Shown: positions 26,515 to 35,995 of the stretch, one piece after another | Layout: every line of letters begins with the position of its first letter | How positions within the stretch are numbered: position 1 is the first letter of the stretch | IMG/VR virus record: IMGVR_UViG_3300045988_094874 | Location: 231-64,230 of that record | Direction: 5' to 3' (one strand) | From: a virus | Length of the DNA stretch: 64,000 bases | Program-made: the position numbers and the translations under genes | Notes under the pieces: generated by a model | Database searches by the model: none | Told to the model about the DNA's origin: nothing | Seen by the model: the letters and a program-made list of their open reading frames with translations, nothing else

Positions 26515-27277
26515 GCCTACTTACGATACATTCATTGAGGAAGTCAATTCATGGTTAGAGAGAGGTAAGGACTCATTTGAAGGGGCACTTAGTCTTACAG
26601 ACAGTAAGATTACGCTTGACCCTAGAGAGTTCCCACCTCTCTTTTATCTAAAGGAAAATGTCCAGCGGATATTGCACCTATTAGAGGTATATAAAAACGC
26701 TGATACCTTTGACAAGCTACTCACTGTGTTCATTAACATATATGTCAAGGACTATGATACTCTAATGGAATATAGCCTTCCGGGAGGGTTTTACACTATA
26801 GAGGAAGCCTACAGACTGGCACAGGGACTGAGGGTACATGGTAGGGAGAGCTACTTTGAAAACTCTCTTGGTAGCTTCCTATCTACTATACCTAGAATAG
26901 TTGTGGATAAGGGGATAGGGTATACTAAGTTGATTAGGGCTCTCAGCTGTGTAACAAGATACTCTGGAAGAAACATAGAGCTTACCAATATGCTATACCT
27001 AATGCCTGAGTGTAAAGTAATCATGAGGATAAGCCCTATGAAACGTGAGGCATTGTTTCAGTTATATGATGTCTACGGAAGGCTAGAACACAGGAGTGAA
27101 TTGACTACCTACATATCTAATATTGACTTTAGATGGTGGAGTTACCAAAATAGGAGGGTAGTCCCTCCTGTAATTGGTGACTATGAAAAACTTACTATGA
27201 AGAAAGAGGATTTTATAATTCCTGAGAGGATAAAAAATGAAAACATTAACCTCCTATATAATAAAATATATAGATGA
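26435..27277 (+). CDS. hypothetical protein (true start probably downstream of 26514)
   Basis: The tracked ORF overlaps the previous gene's acidic tail by 80 nt in another frame, so an internal start is likely. Confidence 0.4.
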   Translation: MNLLVMSKMMKTNTQMMMTKMMSGTTKPTYDTFIEEVNSWLERGKDSFEGALSLTDSKITLDPREFPPLFYLKENVQRILHLLEVYKNADTFDKLLTVFINIYVKDYDTLMEYSLPGGFYTIEEAYRLAQGLRVHGRESYFENSLGSFLSTIPRIVVDKGIGYTKLIRALSCVTRYSGRNIELTNMLYLMPECKVIMRISPMKREALFQLYDVYGRLEHRSELTTYISNIDFRWWSYQNRRVVPPVIGDYEKLTMKKEDFIIPERIKNENINLLYNKIYR

Positions 27278-27449
27278 AATGGGAGACTGCTATCTTGAGG
27301 AAGAGGTAGAGTCTATTCAGACTAGAAATGAGAAACTTCGTGAATGGTCAGGAGGCTACCCTTATTCAACTGTGAAAAATGGAGACATTACTGTACTTAG
27401 TAAAATAAACGGGGAAGAGGCGTGGTTCTATGTCAGCAAAAATATTTGA
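27237..27449 (+). CDS. hypothetical small protein
   Basis: ORF. Confidence 0.4.
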   Translation: MKTLTSYIIKYIDEMGDCYLEEEVESIQTRNEKLREWSGGYPYSTVKNGDITVLSKINGEEAWFYVSKNI

Positions 27450-27915
27450 TGAAGGTTACGAAAAAGAAATATTCGAGTTAAATCGAAATATCCCAAACAG
27501 AGTAGTCGGAGAAGATGGCACTCTCTATGACACAGAGGGTAATGAGATTTCCCTTGATGAGGCTATCAAACGCTATGTTGCCCTTGAGCGTGAAGTCAAG
27601 CTACTAGCGGCTGTTAAATCTACTAAGAGCAAGCTTCGCACAGAATATACCACCAAGCGGAAGCAGACGCTCCGTAAGGAACAAGACCTGTATTACCGTA
27701 TCATTGCTGATTTGCAAGAGACAAAGAAGCTGTCTAAGGCTGTAGGACTTGCTAGAAACACCCTTACCACACGCCACGGAAGGAAAAGGAAGAAGCCTAC
27801 TGTGAAAGAGGCTAAGGCTAGGCTCATGAAGGCTCTGAAAGAGTATGAACGAGCTAAGGACCGTGCAAAGGAAGAGCGTCAGAGAAAAAGATTACAACAA
27901 AAAAAGACCAATTAA
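27430..27915 (+). CDS. basic coiled-coil protein
   Basis: K/R-rich C-terminal half (RKRKKPTVKEAKARLMKALKEYERAKDRAKEERQRKR). Last + strand gene before the convergent terminator. Confidence 0.5.
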   Translation: MSAKIFDEGYEKEIFELNRNIPNRVVGEDGTLYDTEGNEISLDEAIKRYVALEREVKLLAAVKSTKSKLRTEYTTKRKQTLRKEQDLYYRIIADLQETKKLSKAVGLARNTLTTRHGRKRKKPTVKEAKARLMKALKEYERAKDRAKEERQRKRLQQKKTN

Positions 27916-27930
27916 GGTCTTTTTATTTTT
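27899..27930. terminator. bidirectional rho-independent terminator at the convergence of the + and - modules
   Basis: AAGACC-aattaa-GGTCTT hairpin flanked by an A-tract upstream and TTTTATTTTT downstream. Stops of both convergent genes fall inside it. Confidence 0.7.
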
Positions 27931-28762
27931 AGCAATTACAGTCCTTCTTAGGTACTTCTGGGGTCTTCAAGCAATCAGGAAGTCCTGTTCCCGGAATAGG
28001 GCGATACTCAACCTTGATATTATGCACACGGAATGTACCTGATGAAGTATTGTTCTGGATAACCTCTAGTACAATATGCTGTCCCTTAGGTAACACAATG
28101 GTGTCTGAGCAAGGCATAGCTCCATCTGTGAGCCCTGTCATTTGCCAGTGGATACCACGTTGCTTAACCATATCAGACTCATCACCTTGCCAGCCCTCAC
28201 CGTCTGTGCGGACTACAAAGGTCATTGTATTATCCACAGCAGGGTTCAGCTCATTACCGTCAGCACACCAGCGGATATAGCAGTGCATGTCTTGGTCAAA
28301 AGTACCGCGCTTACCATCATCAATGCCTCCTTGGGTATCCCAGCCATATTCTGAGTCCTTGTAGAGGTTGATAGCATACCGTGTCATGATAGGCTTGTAG
28401 AAGTTTTGTCCTTCTACTCCTGTGTGTCGGTAATACTTAGTTTCATAGCCCTGATTACCTTGAGCTTTCAGGTACTCTGTGATACATTGAAGCAAGTCCC
28501 AAATAGCACAGATATTCTGGATAACATGCTCAAATTGACAGGCAATCTTCTGAAAAGCACGTTTAAAAAAATTCTTATCATAGCAGTCCTGATTTTGGGC
28601 TGCACAGGCATATCTTCCGATACCCTCGTTGTTCTCTTTCCTTAGAGAGTCACAGTCTGCTGGGTAAATGTCCTCACAGGCGCAATCCTCATACCAGCAC
28701 TTATCCTTATATCCTTCTTTGTATGAAGCCATTATCTTCCTACCTTTCCTTGAGCTATCCAT
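27929..28762 (-). CDS. Cys-rich distal virion protein (fibre-like; carries the shared N-terminal module)
   Basis: CWYEDCACEDIYPADCDS ... FKRAFQKIACQFEHVIQNICAIWDLLQC matches the N-terminal module of 31487, 33208 and 33695. C-terminal DCNC. Confidence 0.5.
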   Translation of the reverse strand: MDSSRKGRKIMASYKEGYKDKCWYEDCACEDIYPADCDSLRKENNEGIGRYACAAQNQDCYDKNFFKRAFQKIACQFEHVIQNICAIWDLLQCITEYLKAQGNQGYETKYYRHTGVEGQNFYKPIMTRYAINLYKDSEYGWDTQGGIDDGKRGTFDQDMHCYIRWCADGNELNPAVDNTMTFVVRTDGEGWQGDESDMVKQRGIHWQMTGLTDGAMPCSDTIVLPKGQHIVLEVIQNNTSSGTFRVHNIKVEYRPIPGTGLPDCLKTPEVPKKDCNC

Positions 28763-29475
28763 TTATTGTCTAAGTAGATACGGTTAGCTCCAAATCCTTC
28801 TGTCTTAGCCTTGCTCTGTTCAATAGTTGAGTTCGGAGGAACTTTCCATGTTCCATTAGCATATACTTTCATATCTTTATTGAGCGTAGTGAATGAGGTA
28901 AACTGACCTCCTGCTGTCTGTCTGATAGCCCAAGGCTTAATCATCACAGCTGGTGAAATAATAATCTCAGATGGTATAGACCAATTTAAGAATATCTCAG
29001 AGGTTTTGTTTCCTGAAAACCAGCTATGCTCAAGCTTAGCTACACTAGCTGAGGAGTTAGTAGTGTACAGGTTAAGCTCTACAGCCTTGTTAAATGGTCT
29101 GTTTACATTCTCATTAAAGCCTCCTGTGATAGGGAACTGCTTCTCAATCACAAGCTGGTCAAGGGCAGTGAATTTCATTCTAGCGTCAGTACCAGAAGGG
29201 TTCACAGGGAGAACCTCATACTTAGCATTACCTACATAAATCTGTAGGTTGTTAATAATGATTTTGTCTCCCTTGTAACCAAAGCTAGGAATGACTTGGA
29301 ACTGAACCTCACCCTTACCTACCACAAATTCTCCAGCTCTTTCTTCCCACACAGCGGAAGCATTATCCCAGCCTGAACGTACCTTAAACTCAGAGGCGTT
29401 TGTGCTCTCGAGTCTGAACTTTGTATTAGCTTTAGCCCAAGTAAGGGCTTCTTCCTTTGTGTTGAATGTTGGCAT
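28732..29475 (-). CDS. hypothetical virion-module protein (possible carbohydrate-binding or fibre accessory)
   Basis: ORF without the Cys module; beta-rich composition. Confidence 0.45.
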   Translation of the reverse strand: MPTFNTKEEALTWAKANTKFRLESTNASEFKVRSGWDNASAVWEERAGEFVVGKGEVQFQVIPSFGYKGDKIIINNLQIYVGNAKYEVLPVNPSGTDARMKFTALDQLVIEKQFPITGGFNENVNRPFNKAVELNLYTTNSSASVAKLEHSWFSGNKTSEIFLNWSIPSEIIISPAVMIKPWAIRQTAGGQFTSFTTLNKDMKVYANGTWKVPPNSTIEQSKAKTEGFGANRIYLDNKWIAQGKVGR

Positions 29476-31487
29476 TACTCTACTCCTCCAGCAAGGTCTC
29501 CAGCGTTGAGCGTGTTAGTTGTTCGGATAGCCCTGTTTCCATTAGGTGTTCCACCAAATACGTTAATATTACCTGTAGCAATATGACGGTCAGTCTTAAG
29601 GCTACCAGCAAGAATGTCAGTACCTCCAACTTCCCAAGCACCTGAGTTTTTAAGGTCTTCGAGAAGCTTCTTCACAGCTGTCTCTAGGCTGTTATACTTA
29701 TTCTGTAGTGACCTAAACTCTGAACGCTCTACCTTAGTAGCCAAGTCACCGAACGTTGGTAGGTCAGTAGTATTCACAGAGAAGGTAGTACCATTAAGGC
29801 TCAAGCCGTTTCCTGCATAATACTTAGTATCATTATCAGCTCTTCCTTCTAGGGCAGTTACCTTGGTGCTAAGTCCTTGTACAGTAGTATTAAGCCTGTT
29901 AATACCTTCTGTGACATCGGTATTGCTTGGTACGTCTAGTGAGCTTGCTCCCCAAGAACGAGGACCTGTTCCCTCATAGAAACATACACCAGCAATCTGT
30001 AGCACAGTATTGTTAGGTACATCAGCCTTCATACGTCCTAAAAGAATTTTAGGTGTAAATGGTGCTGTATTATATACTTGGAAGCTTACTGTGTATAGAG
30101 CCCAGTTAGCATTTACTTTCACAGTAACATCACCATCAATATTTGTGTTCATACCTCCTGTGGAGCTATAAACAATACAAACTTTTGCAGGTGAGAATAG
30201 GTGATTACCAAAAGTAATCTCACTAGTTGCCTTAGCAAAGAAGCTCACTGTGTACCAAGTTCCCGGATTGAGAGGATAGCCTAGCTGAGCACCAAAGGTA
30301 TCAAATGTATCAGTTCCTGTGCCTCTATTTTTCTCACTGATAGCTAGTCCTAAGTAGTTCCCATTAGGAGCTCCATAGGTGTTAGCAGAGCCGTCTCTAG
30401 TGCCCTTAATGAGGTTATCAGCACCAACAAGTAAAGTACCAGAAGGCTCAGGAATACTATCAGTCACAGGCTTGGTAGTCAATGTCAGGTAAGTAAATCT
30501 CACAGGGAAGGTCTTAATATCAATACCGTCAATACGAACATTAAGGGCATTTACTTTAAGGTCTTTATTAGCAAGAGTCCATGTGTAGGTAATCTCATTA
30601 CCTTTAGCCTGCATAGACTGTTTACCTGCAAGCCAGCCTACATACCAGTTAGTCGGATTAGCCATGTCGTAGGCTTCCAGAGCAAGCTGAGCAGTAGCAG
30701 GGATAGCTGAGATTGTATTAACATCAAACTTGGCTTTAATATAAAGCTTGTCTCCTACAGAGAAACCTAATTCTCCTAAAGACTTCTTATCTGTTAAATA
30801 ATACAATGGAGCAGAATAATAACCACTACCTTCGTCACGTTTACCTACCCAGCCGTTACCATGGTATTTGTTGATGTAGTTCACAAGAGGAACTTCAACA
30901 GCCTTTGTCTCTAACGCTGGAATTTTATCAATGTTAGCCTTTACAGCAGGGTCAAGTTTAACTTCCCAATCCTTAGTGGCTGTCTGTGTACTAACAATCC
31001 CGTCTTTACCGATTACTGACACAGAGGCTACACCTTTGGGGGCTTTAAGCTCACCAATTTGGCGCTCTACATTCTCTAGGCGCTCATTAGTAGGTACTTT
31101 TGTGCTGTCTAGTGACACAGTGTAATCATTATTAGTCTTAGCTACCAGAATACCATTGCCGGGCTTCACAGTGGTGATAGTGTCTCTATCCTGTGTGACT
31201 ACAGCAGAGATAGTTCCATCAGGTGAAATAGTGATACCTTGACCTGCTTTATAAGTTTTACCTCCATTACCAGAGCCTGTACCATTAAGCTTAATCATAG
31301 CGTCCCTAGCACGGTTTAAAATCCATACATCTTGATTGCTATCCATGTAAGCATGGTTGCGGTCAGCATAGAATGGGTCGGGCTTCTCAGACTTGACAAT
31401 TAGCCAAGTACCTTCATCAGGAAGGCAATCTTGGCAGTAGTCACGTCCATCATTACAATCACACTCATAGCATTTGTTACAAGTCAT
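29475..31487 (-). CDS. tail fibre / receptor-binding-like protein with an N-terminal Cys knot
   Basis: N-terminus MTCNKCYECDCNDGRDYCQDC. Long Gly/Thr/Asn-rich beta-type body with a coiled-coil segment near the C-terminus. Confidence 0.5.
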   Translation of the reverse strand: MTCNKCYECDCNDGRDYCQDCLPDEGTWLIVKSEKPDPFYADRNHAYMDSNQDVWILNRARDAMIKLNGTGSGNGGKTYKAGQGITISPDGTISAVVTQDRDTITTVKPGNGILVAKTNNDYTVSLDSTKVPTNERLENVERQIGELKAPKGVASVSVIGKDGIVSTQTATKDWEVKLDPAVKANIDKIPALETKAVEVPLVNYINKYHGNGWVGKRDEGSGYYSAPLYYLTDKKSLGELGFSVGDKLYIKAKFDVNTISAIPATAQLALEAYDMANPTNWYVGWLAGKQSMQAKGNEITYTWTLANKDLKVNALNVRIDGIDIKTFPVRFTYLTLTTKPVTDSIPEPSGTLLVGADNLIKGTRDGSANTYGAPNGNYLGLAISEKNRGTGTDTFDTFGAQLGYPLNPGTWYTVSFFAKATSEITFGNHLFSPAKVCIVYSSTGGMNTNIDGDVTVKVNANWALYTVSFQVYNTAPFTPKILLGRMKADVPNNTVLQIAGVCFYEGTGPRSWGASSLDVPSNTDVTEGINRLNTTVQGLSTKVTALEGRADNDTKYYAGNGLSLNGTTFSVNTTDLPTFGDLATKVERSEFRSLQNKYNSLETAVKKLLEDLKNSGAWEVGGTDILAGSLKTDRHIATGNINVFGGTPNGNRAIRTTNTLNAGDLAGGVE

Positions 31488-33208
31488 TAGTTAGTTTCCT
31501 TTCCTCCTGTGCTGTAGTAGTTCACACAGGTTCTAATCATACCTTTACCTAACAGGCTATCAGTTCCCTCTACAAACTCAGAGGTAGTCTGCTTATTAGG
31601 CAATAAAGTATATCCCTTACCATTATACCATACTGAGTCAGGAGTAGGGGCACAGAAAGTGCTCTTTTCATGAACAGCTGGTGCTATAGGTTTATTAGTT
31701 GCAGTGTCAATAAAGGTTGTTACTGTGATATAGTCAAGTCCCTTAGTCTTAGCAAGCTGAGCCTCTTTTCCTACAGGAGGACACACAGAGCAGGCTGTCT
31801 TACACTCTCTTAGAGGGGCTAGGGTACAGCTACCACAGTTCAGCTCATTCAGGAAGCCTGTGCTCTCATGAATGTTGATGTAAGAAGGCTCAGGAGGCAG
31901 TTCTTTCAGCTTAGCCTGATAAGGGGCTACTGGCATTGAACTTATCACAGGAGCTGTATTCAGGTTAAATCCTGATACATTCTTCTTGTAGCTTCCTACA
32001 GTAAACCTGATAACATCTACAAATACTCCCCACACAATAGCCTGAGGACCTTCTCCAAGAGGATTTCTTGTGTAGTTACTTAGTCTGCCATTCTGTGCTG
32101 ATACATAAGAGCCATTGATAGGTACAGTATATGCTGTATCAACAGTGAAATAAGTACCCTGACCTGACTCAGCACCAAATGGTTGCAGATTTAGGATAGC
32201 TGTTTCCCTGTTTGTAGGCTTAACTTCCTTACCATCAGCAGTAAAGAAACGTGTCTCCACAGTAAGCTCAGAGCTATATTGTTCATTGCTACCTTCTGTG
32301 TGAATAGTGATTTGTTTATATGGATTAGTAGGTACTCCAATAATCACAGCCTTCTTAGGGTGCTCAGTTGACACAAGAGTAATTCTCATCTTGATAGATG
32401 AAATCTCTTTCCCTGATAAAATAGTAGTTGCATTTGCAAAGTCTACCGTCATTTCCTCACGCTCTTTTAAATAGGTATAGACCAATTCATTTGAGGTAAA
32501 GGTAGAAATGTCAGGGATAGGATTAACACTTGCAGGCTCTTTAGTATCATTAGCCAGCTTACGTCCTCTAATTGTCTTAGCCATTACAGCATTAGGAGAA
32601 ATTTGAAGGTACTGACTAGCTACTGCCTGAGGGAAACCTTCCTTGGTCAAGTTAGCTTGTAGGATAGAGATACGGTTTGCATACTCTTGCCTATCTTGCT
32701 GGAACTTAGCTAAAGCACCTTTATTATACTCATTAACAAAGGAAGCTTGCTCATCATACTCTCTCTTAAGCTTATTGTTATAAGCAATAGCGTCAGACAC
32801 AGTAGAGTTAGAAGCAGTGACCAGCTTATTAGCATTTCTTGTAATCTCATTGATACGTCCACACAGAACCCCATTAGCTGTATTAAGAGCCTCTAGGTTC
32901 TTTTTATTTGCCTTAATCCGGTCATTGAGTATGTTAGTTAGTCCAAGGGTATGGCACAGTACGTTTATAAAGTTGTTTACAAACATAAATACATTACTAA
33001 ACCCTTTAGAGCTAAGCTCCCTCATGTCACAGGGCATACCTGTTTCAAACATAGGAGCTATAGGCTCTAGTAGGTCTTTGTGTAAGGCTTTAACCTTGTC
33101 ACAGGTATCGTCACAGGTCTTGCCAATCTCTATACATTTAGGTTTGCAACCATTATCGCATTGACACTCCTTGAACTTGCACTTCATACAAGTTACACAG
33201 TCTGCCAT
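31487..33208 (-). CDS. tail fibre-like protein with an N-terminal Cys knot plus the shared module
   Basis: MADCVTCMKCKFKECQCDNGCKPKC ... KALHKDL ... NNFINVLCH, then coiled coil and a beta-rich C-terminal domain. Confidence 0.5.
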   Translation of the reverse strand: MADCVTCMKCKFKECQCDNGCKPKCIEIGKTCDDTCDKVKALHKDLLEPIAPMFETGMPCDMRELSSKGFSNVFMFVNNFINVLCHTLGLTNILNDRIKANKKNLEALNTANGVLCGRINEITRNANKLVTASNSTVSDAIAYNNKLKREYDEQASFVNEYNKGALAKFQQDRQEYANRISILQANLTKEGFPQAVASQYLQISPNAVMAKTIRGRKLANDTKEPASVNPIPDISTFTSNELVYTYLKEREEMTVDFANATTILSGKEISSIKMRITLVSTEHPKKAVIIGVPTNPYKQITIHTEGSNEQYSSELTVETRFFTADGKEVKPTNRETAILNLQPFGAESGQGTYFTVDTAYTVPINGSYVSAQNGRLSNYTRNPLGEGPQAIVWGVFVDVIRFTVGSYKKNVSGFNLNTAPVISSMPVAPYQAKLKELPPEPSYINIHESTGFLNELNCGSCTLAPLRECKTACSVCPPVGKEAQLAKTKGLDYITVTTFIDTATNKPIAPAVHEKSTFCAPTPDSVWYNGKGYTLLPNKQTTSEFVEGTDSLLGKGMIRTCVNYYSTGGKETN

Positions 33209-33705
33209 TAAAGCTCCTCCTCTGGTAGTGCTTCAAGAGTGGCTACAAGTCCTTCAAAAGAGCTGTCAGCTACCACAATCTTAGTTGTGGCATACTGATT
33301 GTAAAGCTCAAGGATTTTATTCATCTGAGCTTGCAGGTCTTTCATTCCCTGAACCATTTTCTCTTGCTTCTGGTTAATGCACTTGTTGTTATCATCAATA
33401 ACCTTAGTGCGTGAATAGATACAGCAGATATTCTTAATAATCCAACACAGCTGTAATATCATATTCTTGTAGACACAGGAGATACCCCTGAATAGCCTGC
33501 CTAAGAACTTAGGAATATCACAGGCTAGTAGGGCTTCATTCCGCTGTGCCATTAGCTTAATCTTGTTATCATTTAGGTCATGTAAAGCGTTACATGCGTC
33601 CATTCCGGGAGTAATAGTGGGGCAGTCACACAAAGCATATTTCCTTGCCTGACATGTAAAGTGCCCACACTTATCTCCACAGGAACTACATTCCTTAACA
33701 GTCAA
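33208..33705 (-). CDS. small Cys-rich protein carrying the shared N-terminal module
   Basis: ECSSCGDKCGHFTCQ ... NALHDL ... NMILQLCWIIKNICC, then coiled coil. Confidence 0.5.
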   Translation of the reverse strand: MTVKECSSCGDKCGHFTCQARKYALCDCPTITPGMDACNALHDLNDNKIKLMAQRNEALLACDIPKFLGRLFRGISCVYKNMILQLCWIIKNICCIYSRTKVIDDNNKCINQKQEKMVQGMKDLQAQMNKILELYNQYATTKIVVADSSFEGLVATLEALPEEEL

Positions 33706-35938
33706 ATTCTTTCACCTCACAGCTTCCACAATCAATCTCAACCTTAGGTATTTCAGGTACATGAGGGATTTCAATAGGGATTAGGTTATCCCTTGTGAAG
33801 TTTACCTCAAGCTGACCATAGGTTGGGTCATAAAGCCAAGTATCTCTAGTAGACAATACGTGAACAGCTCCTCCTGTAGAGCCTGTGGTCTGTAGGGGTA
33901 CTGTTCTATTATACTCAATTCTTCGATTAGGGCTTTCACTAAAGGAACGGAACGGGTCATAGGCTTTGTAGTAAACCTGATTGCCTGCTCCATCAAATAC
34001 AGCCATGGTAGCTGTAGAAGCCCCTGTCATAGCTCCTGTAGGCTCATATCTCACAGAGGTGATAGTAACTGCCTTAAGGAAAGCCTCTACATAGCCTGTA
34101 GTAGTATTGAGCCTGAACTCACGCTCTACAGTACCATTAATGCTACCATTACCAATTACAGCTCCGCCTACCATGTTCCACTCAATAGTGAAGTTAGTTC
34201 CTGAGGTGGATACTCTTGTGTAAGTACCTGAACCTGCTTGTGAACCTCTAGGGAACATGTTCATTCTTACTGTTTGGTTAGCAATCTCTACAGACCTCTT
34301 CTGTGCGTCGTCTCTGAGCTTCTGGATGAGCCTATTTCGCACTGTATTACCTATGTCAAGGTTATTCTTAGCAATCTTACTTAAACGCTCACAGGAAGCC
34401 TGCTGTGCGTTCTGGATACACATCTGCTCTTTACGAAGCTGGTCTGTTTGCTGTCTAAGGCATTCAAACTCTTCTCCTACATGGCAGAGCTGGTTGATAA
34501 TATTCTTGGTAACACACCAGAGCCCATAAGCTGAACGTCTAATAACCTTAGGCAGGTTCACTACATACTTATTTCTAAGCTCATGAACTCCTGCTCTCTG
34601 GTAGCGCTCTTGTGCAATAGCCTTAAGGTCTTCACAGACATCAGGTCCTCTACCGATATTCTCACATTCCTCACACTCATTACATATCTTACAAGGACGC
34701 TTTGGTCTTGGTCTAAGAGGTCTAGGAGTAGGAGGCACAGGAGGTTCTCCGGGGTGATTAGGTTTATCAACTCTAGGAGGCTCTTGTGGTGGGTTATTAG
34801 GTAAGTTAGGCACAGGTAGCTGAGGCTCTAGTACAGGTCTAGGAGGCTCTTTCGGCTCTTCTGGCTTAGGTGGGATTGGGATATGAGGTACTTGGACATC
34901 AAGTCGGTCCATAGTAAAGTTCACATTCAAGCTACCTGAGGTAGGCTCAGCAATCCATGAGTCATAAGTAGAGAAGATAACCACCTGACCATCAGGCTGG
35001 CCTGTTTGGTAGATAGGTGTTTGTCGCTCCATAACCACACGCCTATTTGGTGTATCTGAGAAGCTTTGATAAGGGTCATAACTCCTTGACCAGATAGGCT
35101 GACCTTGGTGATTATTGATTGTAAACACAGCTCCAGCAGAAGCCCAAGTGTCATTAGGGTTCATCTGATATTGCACAGACTGGATAGTATAGGCTACAAT
35201 GTAAGCCTCAATTCTATCTTCCCGTCTCACAAAGCGATACTCTACATTACCACGAACAGTACCAGTACCTACGATACGCCCTGTGTTTACCATGCGCCAT
35301 TGTACTTCAAAGTTGTTACCGTTTGAGCTTACATGAGTATAAGCGCCTCCAGCTGTGCTAGAGCCATAGGTAAATACGTTCATGCGTGTGGTACGTTGCA
35401 CACGGTCTAGGGCTTGTTGTAGTGCCTCATTCTCAAGTCTACGTCTACGCTCAGGGTCAACAGCCTCATCGTACTCTTTCTTCTTCTGACGATAGATTAC
35501 AATATCCTTGTCATATTGAGCCTTATCAGCTGTGTATCTGTCCTGCTTAGCCTTATTACGCTTAGTCCGCTCTTCGTTTTCCTTAGTGATACGAGTAATC
35601 TCAGCCTGGATAGCGTTGCGCTCTTTTGTATAAGAGGCTAACTTCTTATCATACTCAGACTTGTTGATGAGATAGGTTTCATAGCGCTCAAGGAGCTCTT
35701 TGTATCGTGCCAAGGCATTGTTATAAGCAAGTAGCTTGCGCTCATACTCAGACTTTTCCTCAGGAGTGATACCTCCATTGTAGTTGCACTTCTCATCAAT
35801 CCATTTACACAGGTCTAGCTTATAGGCTTCCATGAGTTGCTCATTTTTAGCCAATTCCTGCTCAGTCCACTTAGTCCCGTCTTCCTTAGGAGGGCACATA
35901 GGGTCTGGAAATACACAGGGTAAATTCTTATTAGGCAT
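33695..35938 (-). CDS. large modular fibre/adhesin-like protein with an internal duplication
   Basis: Architecture: coiled coil, then a roughly 170-aa domain, then a Pro-rich linker (PKPEEPKEPPRP...), then a Cys module (CKICNECEECEN...NIINQLCH), then a second copy of the roughly 170-aa domain, then C-terminal CGSCEVKEFDC. Confidence 0.55.
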   Translation of the reverse strand: MPNKNLPCVFPDPMCPPKEDGTKWTEQELAKNEQLMEAYKLDLCKWIDEKCNYNGGITPEEKSEYERKLLAYNNALARYKELLERYETYLINKSEYDKKLASYTKERNAIQAEITRITKENEERTKRNKAKQDRYTADKAQYDKDIVIYRQKKKEYDEAVDPERRRRLENEALQQALDRVQRTTRMNVFTYGSSTAGGAYTHVSSNGNNFEVQWRMVNTGRIVGTGTVRGNVEYRFVRREDRIEAYIVAYTIQSVQYQMNPNDTWASAGAVFTINNHQGQPIWSRSYDPYQSFSDTPNRRVVMERQTPIYQTGQPDGQVVIFSTYDSWIAEPTSGSLNVNFTMDRLDVQVPHIPIPPKPEEPKEPPRPVLEPQLPVPNLPNNPPQEPPRVDKPNHPGEPPVPPTPRPLRPRPKRPCKICNECEECENIGRGPDVCEDLKAIAQERYQRAGVHELRNKYVVNLPKVIRRSAYGLWCVTKNIINQLCHVGEEFECLRQQTDQLRKEQMCIQNAQQASCERLSKIAKNNLDIGNTVRNRLIQKLRDDAQKRSVEIANQTVRMNMFPRGSQAGSGTYTRVSTSGTNFTIEWNMVGGAVIGNGSINGTVEREFRLNTTTGYVEAFLKAVTITSVRYEPTGAMTGASTATMAVFDGAGNQVYYKAYDPFRSFSESPNRRIEYNRTVPLQTTGSTGGAVHVLSTRDTWLYDPTYGQLEVNFTRDNLIPIEIPHVPEIPKVEIDCGSCEVKEFDC

Positions 35939-35995
35939 AACTCCTCCTATTAAAAAGAAAGAGGAAACATATAAATATTTCCCCCTCCTAAACCC

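Noticed and set aside
26904-26912. A fourth DnaA-box match (TGTGGATAA, reverse orientation) inside the 26435-27277 CDS.
   Set aside because: It is a single isolated copy inside coding sequence and may be chance, so it is not counted with the 1201-1332 cluster.
28014-29239. + strand ORFs 28014, 28142, 28406 and 29006.
   Set aside because: They are antisense to well-supported - strand virion genes and no RBS is present.
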